Positions 29,325-39,218 of a stretch of DNA of 64,000 nucleotides are shown here, one piece after another (the first letter of the stretch is position 1; each line of letters starts with the position of its first letter). The notes below the pieces were generated by a model. The model searched no databases, was not told where the DNA came from, and saw only the letters and a program-made list of their open reading frames with translations. The position numbers and the translations under genes are program-made. This DNA comes from a virus. Taxonomy: Duplodnaviria > Caudoviricetes. Location of the stretch: IMG/VR virus record IMGVR_UViG_2558860226_000001, positions 1 to 64,000 of that record, one strand, 5' to 3'.

Positions 29325-30572
29325 TCAGTAGTATGCGTTAACTGGCATATTTAGCATTTCAGGAATGAAAATCCCGAATTTCTTAGCCGTTCCGCGCACA
29401 ATCTCCTCTGGAGTGTTTGCTCCCCCACTGATAGTTTCCTCTTGTCCGGTGACAATATCTCGGTAATGAAGAGTGATAACGTAGCGGAATACTGGAACAA
29501 CTTGACGCTTTTCTTCAATCTGATAACGACCAGTTTTTCGAATGGATGGTAGTACTTCATTGGTCACCCATTTGCGGAAGCGCCAAGGTAAGGTACCTTG
29601 TTTTATTGAATCACGGCAGCGGAGAATAAGAGTGTACAGGCCGGATTCATTGATGATGATCATGCTCTGCGCTCCGTTACCTGCCGACCCTAACTTGAAG
29701 TTAGGGTCGCCGTTGAAGATTTGTTTTTCATCATCGTCCAACGATGCTACTGATTTTGAAGGGTTTGATAGGTCTAAAGACTTACAAACATCAGAGGCAA
29801 TAAACCACGGTTCTCCATCGCGCATAACCGCGCGTATTTCACTTCCTTCAAAAATGAAACCTGAATTTGCAACTTCATTGGTGCTGGATGTCGTATTTTT
29901 TGCTAAGGTATTCATATCAATAATTCCATCACGATTTGTTGATATCGAGGCCTCGTTAGTTGCAGCTATCGAGGCTTCATTTTTGTAGTCTTCCACTTCT
30001 TTCAATCCAGAAAATCTCTTGTATTTTGTTTTCCCATCGCTTTTCAGGTGTCTTTTGTAGGATTTAGATGACATGCCAAGGTCTTTTTCAGGCCATCCGG
30101 CTGCAATCCTTTGCTCTAGGGTGCATGGATTAACATCAAAAAACTCAGCCCATTCAAAAATTGTTTTTATCTCTCCGCTAATCTCATAAAAAACTCGACC
30201 GAACCTTTCCTGTTCTCCCCATCCGTGCCTTTTGAACCCCATCCGCTGCCGTTTGCGGTCAATCATGTCTTTAGCGTTGTCTTTGGCGTCCCCCAAGTAC
30301 AAGTGATCTGGGTTGCAACAGCATGGGTTATCACACGTATGAAGCACCCACCATTTGTTAGCACCCTGAGGTATCACACCATTTGACATTTCATAAGAAA
30401 TTCTATGGGCTGACCATACTCTCCCCTCAAACGATAATTGTCCGTATCCGGTGAATCCGGTGAATCCAGTCCAAACTAGGCAACCATCATCGCGAGCACT
30501 TAGCTTGGATAGAAAAAGGCGCCCAAGTGCCTCCTTATCAACAATATCTGCTATGGTCTTCCGAATCTTCAT
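29325..30572 (-). CDS. HNH endonuclease fused in frame to Bro-N antirepressor (internal ATG 29915)
   Basis: AHRISYE..VLHTCDNPCCCNPDHL..N; PWFIASDVC..INESGLYTLILRCR. Confidence 0.82.
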   Translation of the reverse strand: MKIRKTIADIVDKEALGRLFLSKLSARDDGCLVWTGFTGFTGYGQLSFEGRVWSAHRISYEMSNGVIPQGANKWWVLHTCDNPCCCNPDHLYLGDAKDNAKDMIDRKRQRMGFKRHGWGEQERFGRVFYEISGEIKTIFEWAEFFDVNPCTLEQRIAAGWPEKDLGMSSKSYKRHLKSDGKTKYKRFSGLKEVEDYKNEASIAATNEASISTNRDGIIDMNTLAKNTTSSTNEVANSGFIFEGSEIRAVMRDGEPWFIASDVCKSLDLSNPSKSVASLDDDEKQIFNGDPNFKLGSAGNGAQSMIIINESGLYTLILRCRDSIKQGTLPWRFRKWVTNEVLPSIRKTGRYQIEEKRQVVPVFRYVITLHYRDIVTGQEETISGGANTPEEIVRGTAKKFGIFIPEMLNMPVNAYY

Positions 30573-30669
30573 ATATCATCACCAAAAGTATTTTACAGTA
30601 TCGAATAGTCGTGACAGAATCATAATAGATTCCATTTACAGCCTTAGTCAATACTATAAAGAACTATTT

Positions 30670-31086
30670 ATGACCAAAGAAAACCATTTCATAAAAAGAA
30701 TGATTGCCAGAAGGGTTGATCAGGGGCTTTCCCAAGAAGATCTGAGCAAGAGATCTGGGGTGGCAGCTGCACAAATTTCTCGCTACGAGCTAGGAAAAAG
30801 CAAGCCAAGGCCAAACGTAATCGCTAGGTTAGCTGAGGCGTTGAACGTGCCCTTTGAGTGGCTTGCTTATGGAGATAATGATGCTGACCCAATAACAATT
30901 CCCGGCATACCCACGCGCCAAATAGAATTACCTGAGGATTTGGTTAACATAATCAAAAAGAAAGCCGATGAAATGGGTATTCCTGAATATGAACTTATAG
31001 AAAGAATGCTGGCTGAATCACTCGTTCATGATGGAGTGATAGAAAATGTAGATGACTATTACCTCTTAAAAAAACCGGATCGTTGA
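30670..31086 (+). CDS. XRE-family HTH regulator with RHH-like C-terminus
   Basis: RVDQGLSQEDLSKRSGVAAAQISRYELG..P..LAEALNV..EWL. Confidence 0.85.
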   Translation: MTKENHFIKRMIARRVDQGLSQEDLSKRSGVAAAQISRYELGKSKPRPNVIARLAEALNVPFEWLAYGDNDADPITIPGIPTRQIELPEDLVNIIKKKADEMGIPEYELIERMLAESLVHDGVIENVDDYYLLKKPDR

Positions 31087-31311
31087 GTGCTCGTGCGGTA
31101 TCAAAAATAGGAACTGCAATCTTTTTTTCCAGCTCCTGCCAGCGGTCAACCAGTCTGGCAGTAAACTCCGGCGACAACTGAGCTACTACTACGATGCTGT
31201 CTCGTTTGCCTTGCTCACCCTCAAAAAGATAAGCATCAACAAACCGGTTTGGGCTATTTGATTGTTTATTTTCAACTTTCCCCGTTGGGGTAAGTTGAAT
31301 CACGCCACGAT
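31065..31311 (-). pseudogene. Internal fragment of Roi/Rha-type antirepressor
   Basis: GKRDSIVVVAQLSPEFTARLVDRWQELE; lacks normal N- and C-termini. Confidence 0.72.
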
Positions 31312-31617
31312 CTACTTGGTCACTGATTCAATGACCATTGTCATCCCCTGAGAAAACTCGTCTATGTATTCAAGCATCACAGCATTTCGTTCCGCTTCGT
31401 AGCTCTCGCTATGTTTTCGTAACTCTGCGGTCATCCAGTTGAAGGCGTTGATATACGCCTCTTTAATCGCATCAGCCTTGGCGCCATTGAAACCCATGAC
31501 CAGCATCACGAAGCCGCTAAAATCCATTCGGTAGTATTTCTGTTTCTTGTCAAAAATACCTAACTCATTGATTTTATCGACAGCGCAAAAATGCGCTCTC
31601 CTGAATTCATCAGAAAA
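31312..31617 (-). pseudogene. Internal fragment of Rha-family regulator
   Basis: YYRMDFSGFVMLVMGFNGAKADAIKEAYINAFNWM; no N-terminus. Confidence 0.75.
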
Positions 31618-31650
31618 TAGACTGGCGCAGGGACGCGATACGCATCACGC

Positions 31651-32160
31651 CTATACCCCCGGCAAATACATCTGCACCTCATCAACCACCATTTCCCTCA
31701 CGGAATGAAGCAGCCGTTTGCGTCCACCAACACCCCAACTAGCCATTTTTCTGGCGCACTGGCTGATCTCCTTGGTTTCAGTATTGATGATGTGATCGAT
31801 TTTATTCAGACGCGACATGGCGCTGATGCCATTACGGATTACTGCCTGAAAGATCTGGTAAACCTTGATTTCAAACTCAACATTGAGCCACGCGGCATAA
31901 CGAATGGCGACCAATTCAAGACCCCAAATACCCGGCTGAGTGCCACCTTTGATAACTCTAACCGAAGCTATTTTCGTAGCTTTGGTCAGTTCTTGTACAA
32001 ATTTCTTGATTTGAGCGCTTTTGATGAAGTTACTTGGTCGTTGTGATTCAGTGGCCTTTCCCTCAGCCACGGCGGCAGCGTGCAAGTCATTGAGATTGTA
32101 GCGCCCGGCGTCATCGACGCGAACGGAAACGCCGTTTACGGATACGGTTGGGTATTGCAT
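31651..32160 (-). CDS. KilA-N domain protein
   Basis: VRVDDAGRYNLNDLHAAA..RPS.F..GIWGLELVAIRYAAWL. Confidence 0.88.
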   Translation of the reverse strand: MQYPTVSVNGVSVRVDDAGRYNLNDLHAAAVAEGKATESQRPSNFIKSAQIKKFVQELTKATKIASVRVIKGGTQPGIWGLELVAIRYAAWLNVEFEIKVYQIFQAVIRNGISAMSRLNKIDHIINTETKEISQCARKMASWGVGGRKRLLHSVREMVVDEVQMYLPGV

Positions 32161-32173
32161 GGCGATTACCTTA

Positions 32174-32260
32174 CTTTGAAATGAACCTTTGCCGCACAGG
32201 AAATCAGCCCATCGAAGGCTCGCCAGCACTAGCCGACTTCCTCAAAGGCTCATTTCAAAG
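32174..32260 (-). promoter_or_regulatory. Structured leader abutting the KilA-N ribosome-binding site
   Basis: 18-bp stem ctttgaaatgaacctttg/caaaggctcatttcaaag enclosing inner stems. Confidence 0.55.
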
Positions 32261-32408
32261 GGATTGGTTCGATGTGGATGAATGCGCGTGCGAAGCGCTC
32301 GATGAATTGGCTAATTTAATACGCTGATCGTTTATCAGGATTTACCAATCCTGAATGTGTTGTTATGGTCAAGCCCTATATTTTTTCACATAGCAAAAAG
32401 GCGTCATC

Positions 32409-32675
32409 ATGAACGACAAAAGGATTGTCGAGTTAGAAAACCAGAATCGTGAACTAAAAATACGGCTAAGAGCATTAGAGTACGCCTTCATGCTGTCTGT
32501 TGTTGATATGACGCCAGATGGGTGCAGGCAGATATCAGATGGATTCGGTCACCTTCAGAGCGATATCCTTAAATCCATGACTGACGCTGAAGCCCGTGAA
32601 AACGCAGCCGTCACAAAACAATTGAAATTTCTTCTTCGGCATGTCTTCATTCAGGGTAGTACACCCTCCCAATAG
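32409..32675 (+). CDS. Hypothetical moron protein
   Basis: 88-aa ORF, AAGG SD, opposite to the tail operon. Confidence 0.55.
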   Translation: MNDKRIVELENQNRELKIRLRALEYAFMLSVVDMTPDGCRQISDGFGHLQSDILKSMTDAEARENAAVTKQLKFLLRHVFIQGSTPSQ

Positions 32676-32840
32676 CATCATTAAACCTTTTAGTTCCTTC
32701 GTCAAAGCTTGTTGCACAAAAAGTGCTCTCAGCTCTACATGAAGATCGCTTTCTTGCGCCCAACCTAAGCGCAAGCCAGTAAAGTTTCCTTGCAATAAAT
32801 TCTCTCATGATTTCCTCGATATTCCCCGCCGAAGCGGGGC

Positions 32841-34820
32841 TTAGTTTCCGGCAGTAAACCCCAGCACGCGAGAGCGATTACCCGCCTGCTGTTGCAGGTC
32901 TTTTGACAGCGCCGAGGCGCTAGTCGGATTTGATGTGACGGTTACCTGACCAAAATTATAGACAGGGGCCGCTGATTGCTGCGTTATCGGAGATTGATAT
33001 CTCGGTGCAGTTGCTGCGGCGCCAGTCGGCATACCAGCCAATACCTTCGGCACATACATTTGAGTTTCCAGCGGTGCATTGCCCAACCCTTTACGCTGCA
33101 CATTGCCAATCCCCCAATTGTAAGCTGCCAATGCTTTATTGAGGTCTCCGCCAGTTTGCGATAACAACTGATTAAGGTATTTTGCAGCCGCCTGCGCAGA
33201 TTTGTGCGGGTCGAACGAGTCATTGCCACTCAATCCCAAATCACGCGCAGTACCCGGCATCAACTGAAATAATCCCTGAGCACCAGCGCCAGAAACAGCA
33301 TATTGATTACCGCCAGACTCAACAGTAGCGACACTTTTAAGCAGTCCAGCAGGAAGCCCGTATTTCGCCTCAAGTTGCCCGAACTCGCCAGACATCCAGT
33401 CAAGCATGGCCTTACCTTTGCCGGATGCCTGTGGTGCGGTAACGCCGGGGATGTTTGGCGTCATTGACGCAGCCCCAGCCGGGGTGATGATGGCATCGCC
33501 AATTTTCCCCAGCATGTCAAGCGCCTTGCTCCAAAATGATTTTTCATCCTGATGCTGCCGGTCTTGAGCCGAATTTCCCTGCTGCTGAGTGTCGTTTATC
33601 TGCTCTAATTGATGCTGTGATTGTGATTCCGGATAAGCAATGCCGGGGTTATTTGCACTCCAATTTTTGCGCTTAAGTCGTTCTAACTCAGACATTTCTT
33701 CCGTCTGGCTTTGCGTGTCAGACGGAGCCAGCAGCGACAGTAATCCCACACGCTTAGCGATGGCCATGACGACGCCGGAACCGGCAGCAGCAGCGCCAGA
33801 GCCAGCGGCGGCACCAGCACCAAGCTTCAGCAATGACCCAAACGCGCCGACAACCCCAAGAACCCAACTTGCTACTTTCAATCCAATCAGAATTTCAAAT
33901 GCATTTTTCCATCCACTTACCGCTTCAACTCCTTTATGCACGTATGATGCGATTTCGCTGAACGTATCCAGCACTGAGCGGATAGCGGATTTAATTTCCT
34001 GCGGATGACTGGATAACCACGTCGCCAGCTCCTGTAGGTAATTGGTGAACTGCTGAACATACGGAGATAGTGCGTTAAATATGACGTAGCCGGTTTTTTC
34101 CAGATTTTGATGTAGTTCTGTCCACTGCACGTTAAATTTACGCGCGGTGTCGATATCCTGATCTGTTATCCCCGATTTAGCCGTGTACTTCTGCACATTC
34201 GGCATGAATTCGCCACGCTGGATTGATTGCAGTGTGGCGTCATCAATACCCAGCATTTGCGCGATTGTTCTGGCGCGGTCTTGGTTTTTTTCTTTCTGCA
34301 ATCCAGATGCGATTTTCGCCATCGCTTGACTGGCATTGTCATTGTAATCAACGGTAACGCCCGTGCTGGCCGTGAGCATCGCCAGTGCTTCTGACATCGG
34401 CGTTGACTTGCCCTGCCGCATCGCCTCAAGGTTGGTCTGCAATCCACCTAGCGTGCCACTCATTTTTTCAGCGGACGAACCTGCAGCCTCGGCAGCTTTT
34501 CGCCATCCATCCAGCTCCTGAGCCGACATGCGCAGCGCTTTGGATTGGGTGGATATCTCCATCAATCCATTTGTGGTGTTTTTTACAAAACTCGTGACGC
34601 CGGTAGCAGTAAGTGAAAGACCAACAAGAGCCAAAAGTTCTTTCTGAATCAGCCCGAAAAACGATGACGCTCGTTTACCCTGCTGCTCCATGAATTTTGC
34701 AGTTTGCTCTGAATTATCGCGGGTGGATTTCATGCCGTCCGCGACATCCTTTTTACCCTTATTGAATCCAGATGCATCCAGACCAAATGTTACAACCAGC
34801 GCGTCAACAACAGTTGGCAT
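32841..34820 (-). CDS. Tape measure protein with C-terminal lytic transglycosylase domain
   Basis: ESGGN..AVS.AGAQGLFQLMPGTA..ALAAYNWG SLT motifs. Confidence 0.9.
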   Translation of the reverse strand: MPTVVDALVVTFGLDASGFNKGKKDVADGMKSTRDNSEQTAKFMEQQGKRASSFFGLIQKELLALVGLSLTATGVTSFVKNTTNGLMEISTQSKALRMSAQELDGWRKAAEAAGSSAEKMSGTLGGLQTNLEAMRQGKSTPMSEALAMLTASTGVTVDYNDNASQAMAKIASGLQKEKNQDRARTIAQMLGIDDATLQSIQRGEFMPNVQKYTAKSGITDQDIDTARKFNVQWTELHQNLEKTGYVIFNALSPYVQQFTNYLQELATWLSSHPQEIKSAIRSVLDTFSEIASYVHKGVEAVSGWKNAFEILIGLKVASWVLGVVGAFGSLLKLGAGAAAGSGAAAAGSGVVMAIAKRVGLLSLLAPSDTQSQTEEMSELERLKRKNWSANNPGIAYPESQSQHQLEQINDTQQQGNSAQDRQHQDEKSFWSKALDMLGKIGDAIITPAGAASMTPNIPGVTAPQASGKGKAMLDWMSGEFGQLEAKYGLPAGLLKSVATVESGGNQYAVSGAGAQGLFQLMPGTARDLGLSGNDSFDPHKSAQAAAKYLNQLLSQTGGDLNKALAAYNWGIGNVQRKGLGNAPLETQMYVPKVLAGMPTGAAATAPRYQSPITQQSAAPVYNFGQVTVTSNPTSASALSKDLQQQAGNRSRVLGFTAGN

Positions 34821-35496
34821 TATTGTTCACTCCGTCGCCGCGCTACTTCGGCGTTGTAATTGTCGATAGTGATTATTTCAAGCAGCGCCCACAAATCCTC
34901 TAATCCGTAGACGGTATCCAGCTCATGCAGCGTGGCCCGATTTGCCGAAATGACCGTCGCAATAGTCCGGGGTATGTTGACATAATCAGCCAACCCCCGG
35001 ATTTCATCGCTCACCATTGGCGCGATGTCTAGTTTGCGACGGCGCTCAAGAAACCCACGTGGAGTTTCAACACCTCCGTTTTCAGGCGGAATCGCGTTGA
35101 CATTTCCTCAATATGAGAGTCATCGAGCGGGATCGTTGTGGTGGGTGTAGCCTGGAACTGAATGCATGACATCAGCTCATCCATCAGAGGCCTCGATTCC
35201 GCAAACGGAATTTTCCCCAGTGCGGTAAGTGCGAATTTTGCTAATGCCGCCATTCCCGAAACGAGGACGGCGTTATATAGCTCATTATCCGCCTCATTTT
35301 CTGGCGCTCCAGCGCTCAATTTTTGGATTGCGGAATATACTGGTTGTGGCACCTCGACATTTGCAGCCATTAACGCACTGACAACGCGAATAGCCCACTC
35401 CTCAATTTGTCTGGCAGGCATTTCAGTGATGAGAAAAGTTTTTCCCTCATCGCGGTTTTTCGCCTCTACTTTGAATGTTAACGTTTTGCGAGCCAT
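34820..35496 (-). CDS. Tail chaperone long form via -1 frameshift
   Basis: Slippery G GGT TTC at 35050-35056; -1 frame is continuous with ORF 34820-35017. Confidence 0.75.
35029..35496 (-). CDS. Tail assembly chaperone
   Basis: NRDEGKTFLITEMPA..EEWAIR; between tube and tape measure. Confidence 0.8.
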   Translation of the reverse strand: MARKTLTFKVEAKNRDEGKTFLITEMPARQIEEWAIRVVSALMAANVEVPQPVYSAIQKLSAGAPENEADNELYNAVLVSGMAALAKFALTALGKIPFAESRPLMDELMSCIQFQATPTTTIPLDDSHIEEMSTRFRLKTEVLKLHVGFLSAVAN

Positions 35497-35497
35497 A

Positions 35498-35932
35498 TTA
35501 TGCATTCTCCGGCGTCACGGTTTCCCATTCAATTAGCCCGGTAACAGGCTGCAAAATACGAGCGGCGGCGGGAATGACTTTCCACCGTTTTAATATCCCG
35601 TTAGTCATCGTGTATTTCATGCCAAGCGACGGAAGCCAAACAATTCCATTGCAGCGAAAAATCGCTTTGCTGGTTTGCTGCGTCGTATACCACGTATCTA
35701 ATTTAGATCGCGTCGGGGAATCAGCCGTCAGGTGAAATGTCCATGGCAGGTCACCAAAAATAAAACCGCCAGTTAATTTGCCATCTGCGGTACGAATGGT
35801 TTCTGCCAAATCAGTGTCGCCCATGTCAAAAATATTCTGAGCCTCAAATGATTCCATCTGAAAACCAGATGGATAGAGATTTGTTACAGTCAACTGAATA
35901 ATGGCATCAGCAGCCGTTAATGAATTTGCCAT
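35498..35932 (-). CDS. Tail tube protein
   Basis: ADGKLTGG..L.ADSP; follows sheath. Confidence 0.75.
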   Translation of the reverse strand: MANSLTAADAIIQLTVTNLYPSGFQMESFEAQNIFDMGDTDLAETIRTADGKLTGGFIFGDLPWTFHLTADSPTRSKLDTWYTTQQTSKAIFRCNGIVWLPSLGMKYTMTNGILKRWKVIPAAARILQPVTGLIEWETVTPENA

Positions 35933-35934
35933 AA

Positions 35935-37428
35935 TTATTGAACCTCAACTGAATTCACGATCAGCTTCTGAATAAATCCACCGTCGCAATACCACAAATA
36001 AACTGTTGGTGATGTACGCGCATTACGCATTGCAGCAGTAAACGGTCCTATATAAATGTAATACCCCTTTGTCGTTAATGATGTCGATACATCAGTTCCG
36101 ACGATAGAGTTAATAGCCAGAATCTGATTATCATCCAGCGTAGTGCCAGCAGAAATGCCACCCCAAGATTTAAACTGCTCAACTGTACTGGTCATGCAAT
36201 TTTGAATAGCCGCTCGACCAGCGTCGTTGTACGGCAAATAAATTTCAGACTGGAATAGCGTGATAATGTCACTTTGCAAATTAGCATTAAGCCAAATCTG
36301 ACCAATGTAAGCGTCGATCCACTTATATGAACCAGTTATTGAACCCGGATACCACTGATTGGTTACGATGTTATTTGCAGCGTATTTTCCGTAGAAATTA
36401 TATCCATTTGTAATCAACGAAGAATAATCAGCGTTAGTATTTACATTCGATGCCAGACCACTTTGCACGCGAAATGCAATCGACCGACGCCCATTAGTCA
36501 GGTCGAAATTAAATGATGCGGGAATTGCCAGCAAAGATGCCGCATATTCCTGCGTTCCATAAACGGGAATAGTACCGCCATCGTTGTATGTATTGATAAT
36601 GTCGTATGCATATGCATTCGTGCTGCCGCTGGTCACGGCATAAACCGAATTATCCATCAGGATGTACGCAAATCGGTTGTTTTGTCCGGTTACCCATGCT
36701 GCTAATGCCTCACCCTGTGATTTTGTCGGCATGAATGACGTAGTAAACAGCACCCAATTTTGATTCTGGTCGAGAATGGTTGTGAACAAATCAGCAACCA
36801 CGGCAGCGTTAGCGCCATGAGACAAGCTTGCCCCGGTCGCCGATGTCAGCAGCAGGCTTGCAGACAGCGTGCCAGATGCATAACCGATGGCTGAATTAGA
36901 GCCGGATGAAACGGTTGTAATATAAAATTTTTTCTGTGTTGTATCGAATCGAACGCTAACCTGAGCCGATGATTTCACCGTGTTAATTGCATTCTCGATG
37001 ACGGTCGCGGCTGCGGCAAAACTGGTTACCGCTGACAGATTAATATTACCTGTAGTTACGGTGGTATTGTTAATCGACAGCGATAATGTGCCGCTCATAG
37101 CCTGCAATTGAGCAATCGTTACCGATGCCATGGAGCCAGATCGCAACCACGCAGATACTCCCAATTCATTATATTGAGCAAACAGCAATTCACCCGGCAA
37201 GCGTGATGCATTGTTATATCCGCTGAAATATTTTGCTGCCATCGTGTATTCAGTGGACAGTGCGCCAAAATAAGATTTTACGTCATCGGCGGTTGTGAAA
37301 TTTAACACAGCTCCGGTAGGGATGCGTGTGTCTCCGGACAGAATTAACCCATTAACATCAAGTGCAGATCCAGATGCAGCCAGTACACCGGGCAGAATCT
37401 GCACGATTTTACTTAACGAAATCGACAT
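35935..37428 (-). CDS. Tail sheath protein (DUF3383-like)
   Basis: IVQILPGVL..YFG..S.EY..A..YF.GY; LWYCDGG.IQK C-terminus. Confidence 0.87.
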   Translation of the reverse strand: MSISLSKIVQILPGVLAASGSALDVNGLILSGDTRIPTGAVLNFTTADDVKSYFGALSTEYTMAAKYFSGYNNASRLPGELLFAQYNELGVSAWLRSGSMASVTIAQLQAMSGTLSLSINNTTVTTGNINLSAVTSFAAAATVIENAINTVKSSAQVSVRFDTTQKKFYITTVSSGSNSAIGYASGTLSASLLLTSATGASLSHGANAAVVADLFTTILDQNQNWVLFTTSFMPTKSQGEALAAWVTGQNNRFAYILMDNSVYAVTSGSTNAYAYDIINTYNDGGTIPVYGTQEYAASLLAIPASFNFDLTNGRRSIAFRVQSGLASNVNTNADYSSLITNGYNFYGKYAANNIVTNQWYPGSITGSYKWIDAYIGQIWLNANLQSDIITLFQSEIYLPYNDAGRAAIQNCMTSTVEQFKSWGGISAGTTLDDNQILAINSIVGTDVSTSLTTKGYYIYIGPFTAAMRNARTSPTVYLWYCDGGFIQKLIVNSVEVQ

Positions 37429-37431
37429 TTT

Positions 37432-37968
37432 TTATCCTTGAGGTGGAAATTGAACGTTTACAGGTACGGCATTTGGATTTGCGCTGGTCATATATTGCTG
37501 AGGTGTTGTTATTACCGGGTTTGTTTGTCCGATAAAATCCATCGTCCATCGCGGCTCATATTGCTGCTCACCGTTAATCATTGTTGTTTGGTGCGGGTCA
37601 TTTGAATACAGAGGCGATAGCGCGGAACCATTTGAAGAAAACCATCCAGCCGCATACTCATCTCTAATCATGGTTGAAATTATGACCGCATTGTTTTGTG
37701 CGTTAGGCCCGTAAAAATCGATCTGACATCGCCATTGACTATTTCTGTTTGTTTTTTTCTGTCCATTTTCACCGTCATGAACCCATTTGTTTGTTGACGT
37801 GGCTACGGAATCAATAGGCGTCATTACAATGTAATCAGTGCCAATTTCCGGCATTGGAACATTATTTTCCTGACCAAGGACACAATCAGAAACATCAACG
37901 AGAGACAATAAAAAACCACGGAGAGCCGTGGTTAAATCATCCTCTGATATTGATATCGTAGCCGTCAT
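37432..37968 (-). CDS. Tail terminator / neck protein
   Basis: GQENNVPMP, QIDFYG, NGEQQYEPRW. Confidence 0.7.
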   Translation of the reverse strand: MTATISISEDDLTTALRGFLLSLVDVSDCVLGQENNVPMPEIGTDYIVMTPIDSVATSTNKWVHDGENGQKKTNRNSQWRCQIDFYGPNAQNNAVIISTMIRDEYAAGWFSSNGSALSPLYSNDPHQTTMINGEQQYEPRWTMDFIGQTNPVITTPQQYMTSANPNAVPVNVQFPPQG

Positions 37969-38336
37969 GTTTTCCTCTGCAAATTGATTATCAGTTTGCA
38001 CCAGTCATACCAGAGTTCTGCTATTTTAACGATCAGCCACTCATTTCCATTCACGACCAAAATATCCCCACCAGTTTGATTGGCACGATTTATAGCGCTG
38101 AAATTCCCGTGTACATACGCAACGCGAGTAATCCCCTGCACATTCAATGAATCCATTTGCTTCAAATCCATTGATGACAATTCCTGCAATTGAACTGAAA
38201 CATCAGCCTGAGAATAAGACGGCGTGCGCTTACCGCTGGGTGCAGTAACATAACCGGTGTTTATTTTTATTACCGCAGGGACATAATCATTGACGAGTGA
38301 CACCGCGCCGGATGTGATATTAAACAGATCCATCAT
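37965..38336 (-). CDS. Head-tail joining protein
   Basis: Position in neck cluster; GGDIL..NG.EWL...E.W.DWCK. Confidence 0.65.
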   Translation of the reverse strand: MMDLFNITSGAVSLVNDYVPAVIKINTGYVTAPSGKRTPSYSQADVSVQLQELSSMDLKQMDSLNVQGITRVAYVHGNFSAINRANQTGGDILVVNGNEWLIVKIAELWYDWCKLIINLQRKT

Positions 38337-38799
38337 CACCCCCATTGATTTCATAATCCACTGCGCGTTGCATTGAACCGGAGTCAATCAGCGTTTTATC
38401 TGGCTCTTTACGGCCTTTTCTGATTTTTGCATCGATAGTTGATTTGGCGTTAGCGGGAGGTATCGATGATTCAATCGAATCTCGAATATCCTGAACTATG
38501 GTTAATCCCAACCTATCGAACCCTTTTTTAACCACGCCTGGATCGGCACCAATACCATCCAATGACTTAGCCAGTTGCTGTGACCAGTCTTTAGCGTGGT
38601 TATCAATCGATGTACGCATGAATGGACGAGGGGGGATGGTTTTAGTGCCGTATTCATTTGCAGCAGCATACGGAGCAATTAGCTCCCCCATATCCTCATT
38701 TGTCGCCCCCGCCAGAATACCGGCACTCAGACTAATCTGCGTCTTTTCTGCGATAGCCTGGAGTGCCGACAGCATTTTATCGCCGCCAGAAATACCCAT
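38320..38799 (-). CDS. Neck / virion morphogenesis protein
   Basis: AAANEYGT..IPPRPFMR..NA.STI..K..LIDSG.M. Confidence 0.75.
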   Translation of the reverse strand: MGISGGDKMLSALQAIAEKTQISLSAGILAGATNEDMGELIAPYAAANEYGTKTIPPRPFMRTSIDNHAKDWSQQLAKSLDGIGADPGVVKKGFDRLGLTIVQDIRDSIESSIPPANAKSTIDAKIRKGRKEPDKTLIDSGSMQRAVDYEINGGDDGSV

Positions 38800-38802
38800 A
38801 AA

Positions 38803-39216
38803 TCACCCCCAAGGGTGGTAATATCGCTGCACATGATATCTGCCACCAACCACATATTTCCGCGTAGCCTGCCAGTATTGCTGGCCATATCCCGTCAACA
38901 TAAACCATGATTTGGTTCCCGGAACTGCCGTAGCAAATGACGAACTCACCGACCCCTGAGATGCGCTTGATAATGGGCTCGAAACGCCTTTAGCGGCCCA
39001 CTGTAGTGATTGCGACACATGAGCGGTTAGCAAATAGAGCAACGTCTTACGCTCAATCTCACCGTTATCCGGGTCATACGGACTAATCGACCCATCGGTG
39101 TTATCGAGATACAGACATGCGGTGCTGAATGCGTTAGTCAATTGCCCGGTGGTCAGCGTGGAAAAATTGGGGTAACTCGTCAGGAATTCGGCAGCGTCAA
39201 ACACCACGACGCCCAT
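38803..39216 (-). CDS. Head-tail connector (DUF4054-like)
   Basis: FD..EF...YPNF..LLTAH..ASQGSVSSS..T.YGQQYW. Confidence 0.8.
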   Translation of the reverse strand: MGVVVFDAAEFLTSYPNFSTLTTGQLTNAFSTACLYLDNTDGSISPYDPDNGEIERKTLLYLLTAHVSQSLQWAAKGVSSPLSSASQGSVSSSFATAVPGTKSWFMLTGYGQQYWQATRKYVVGGRYHVQRYYHPWG

Positions 39217-39218
39217 AA

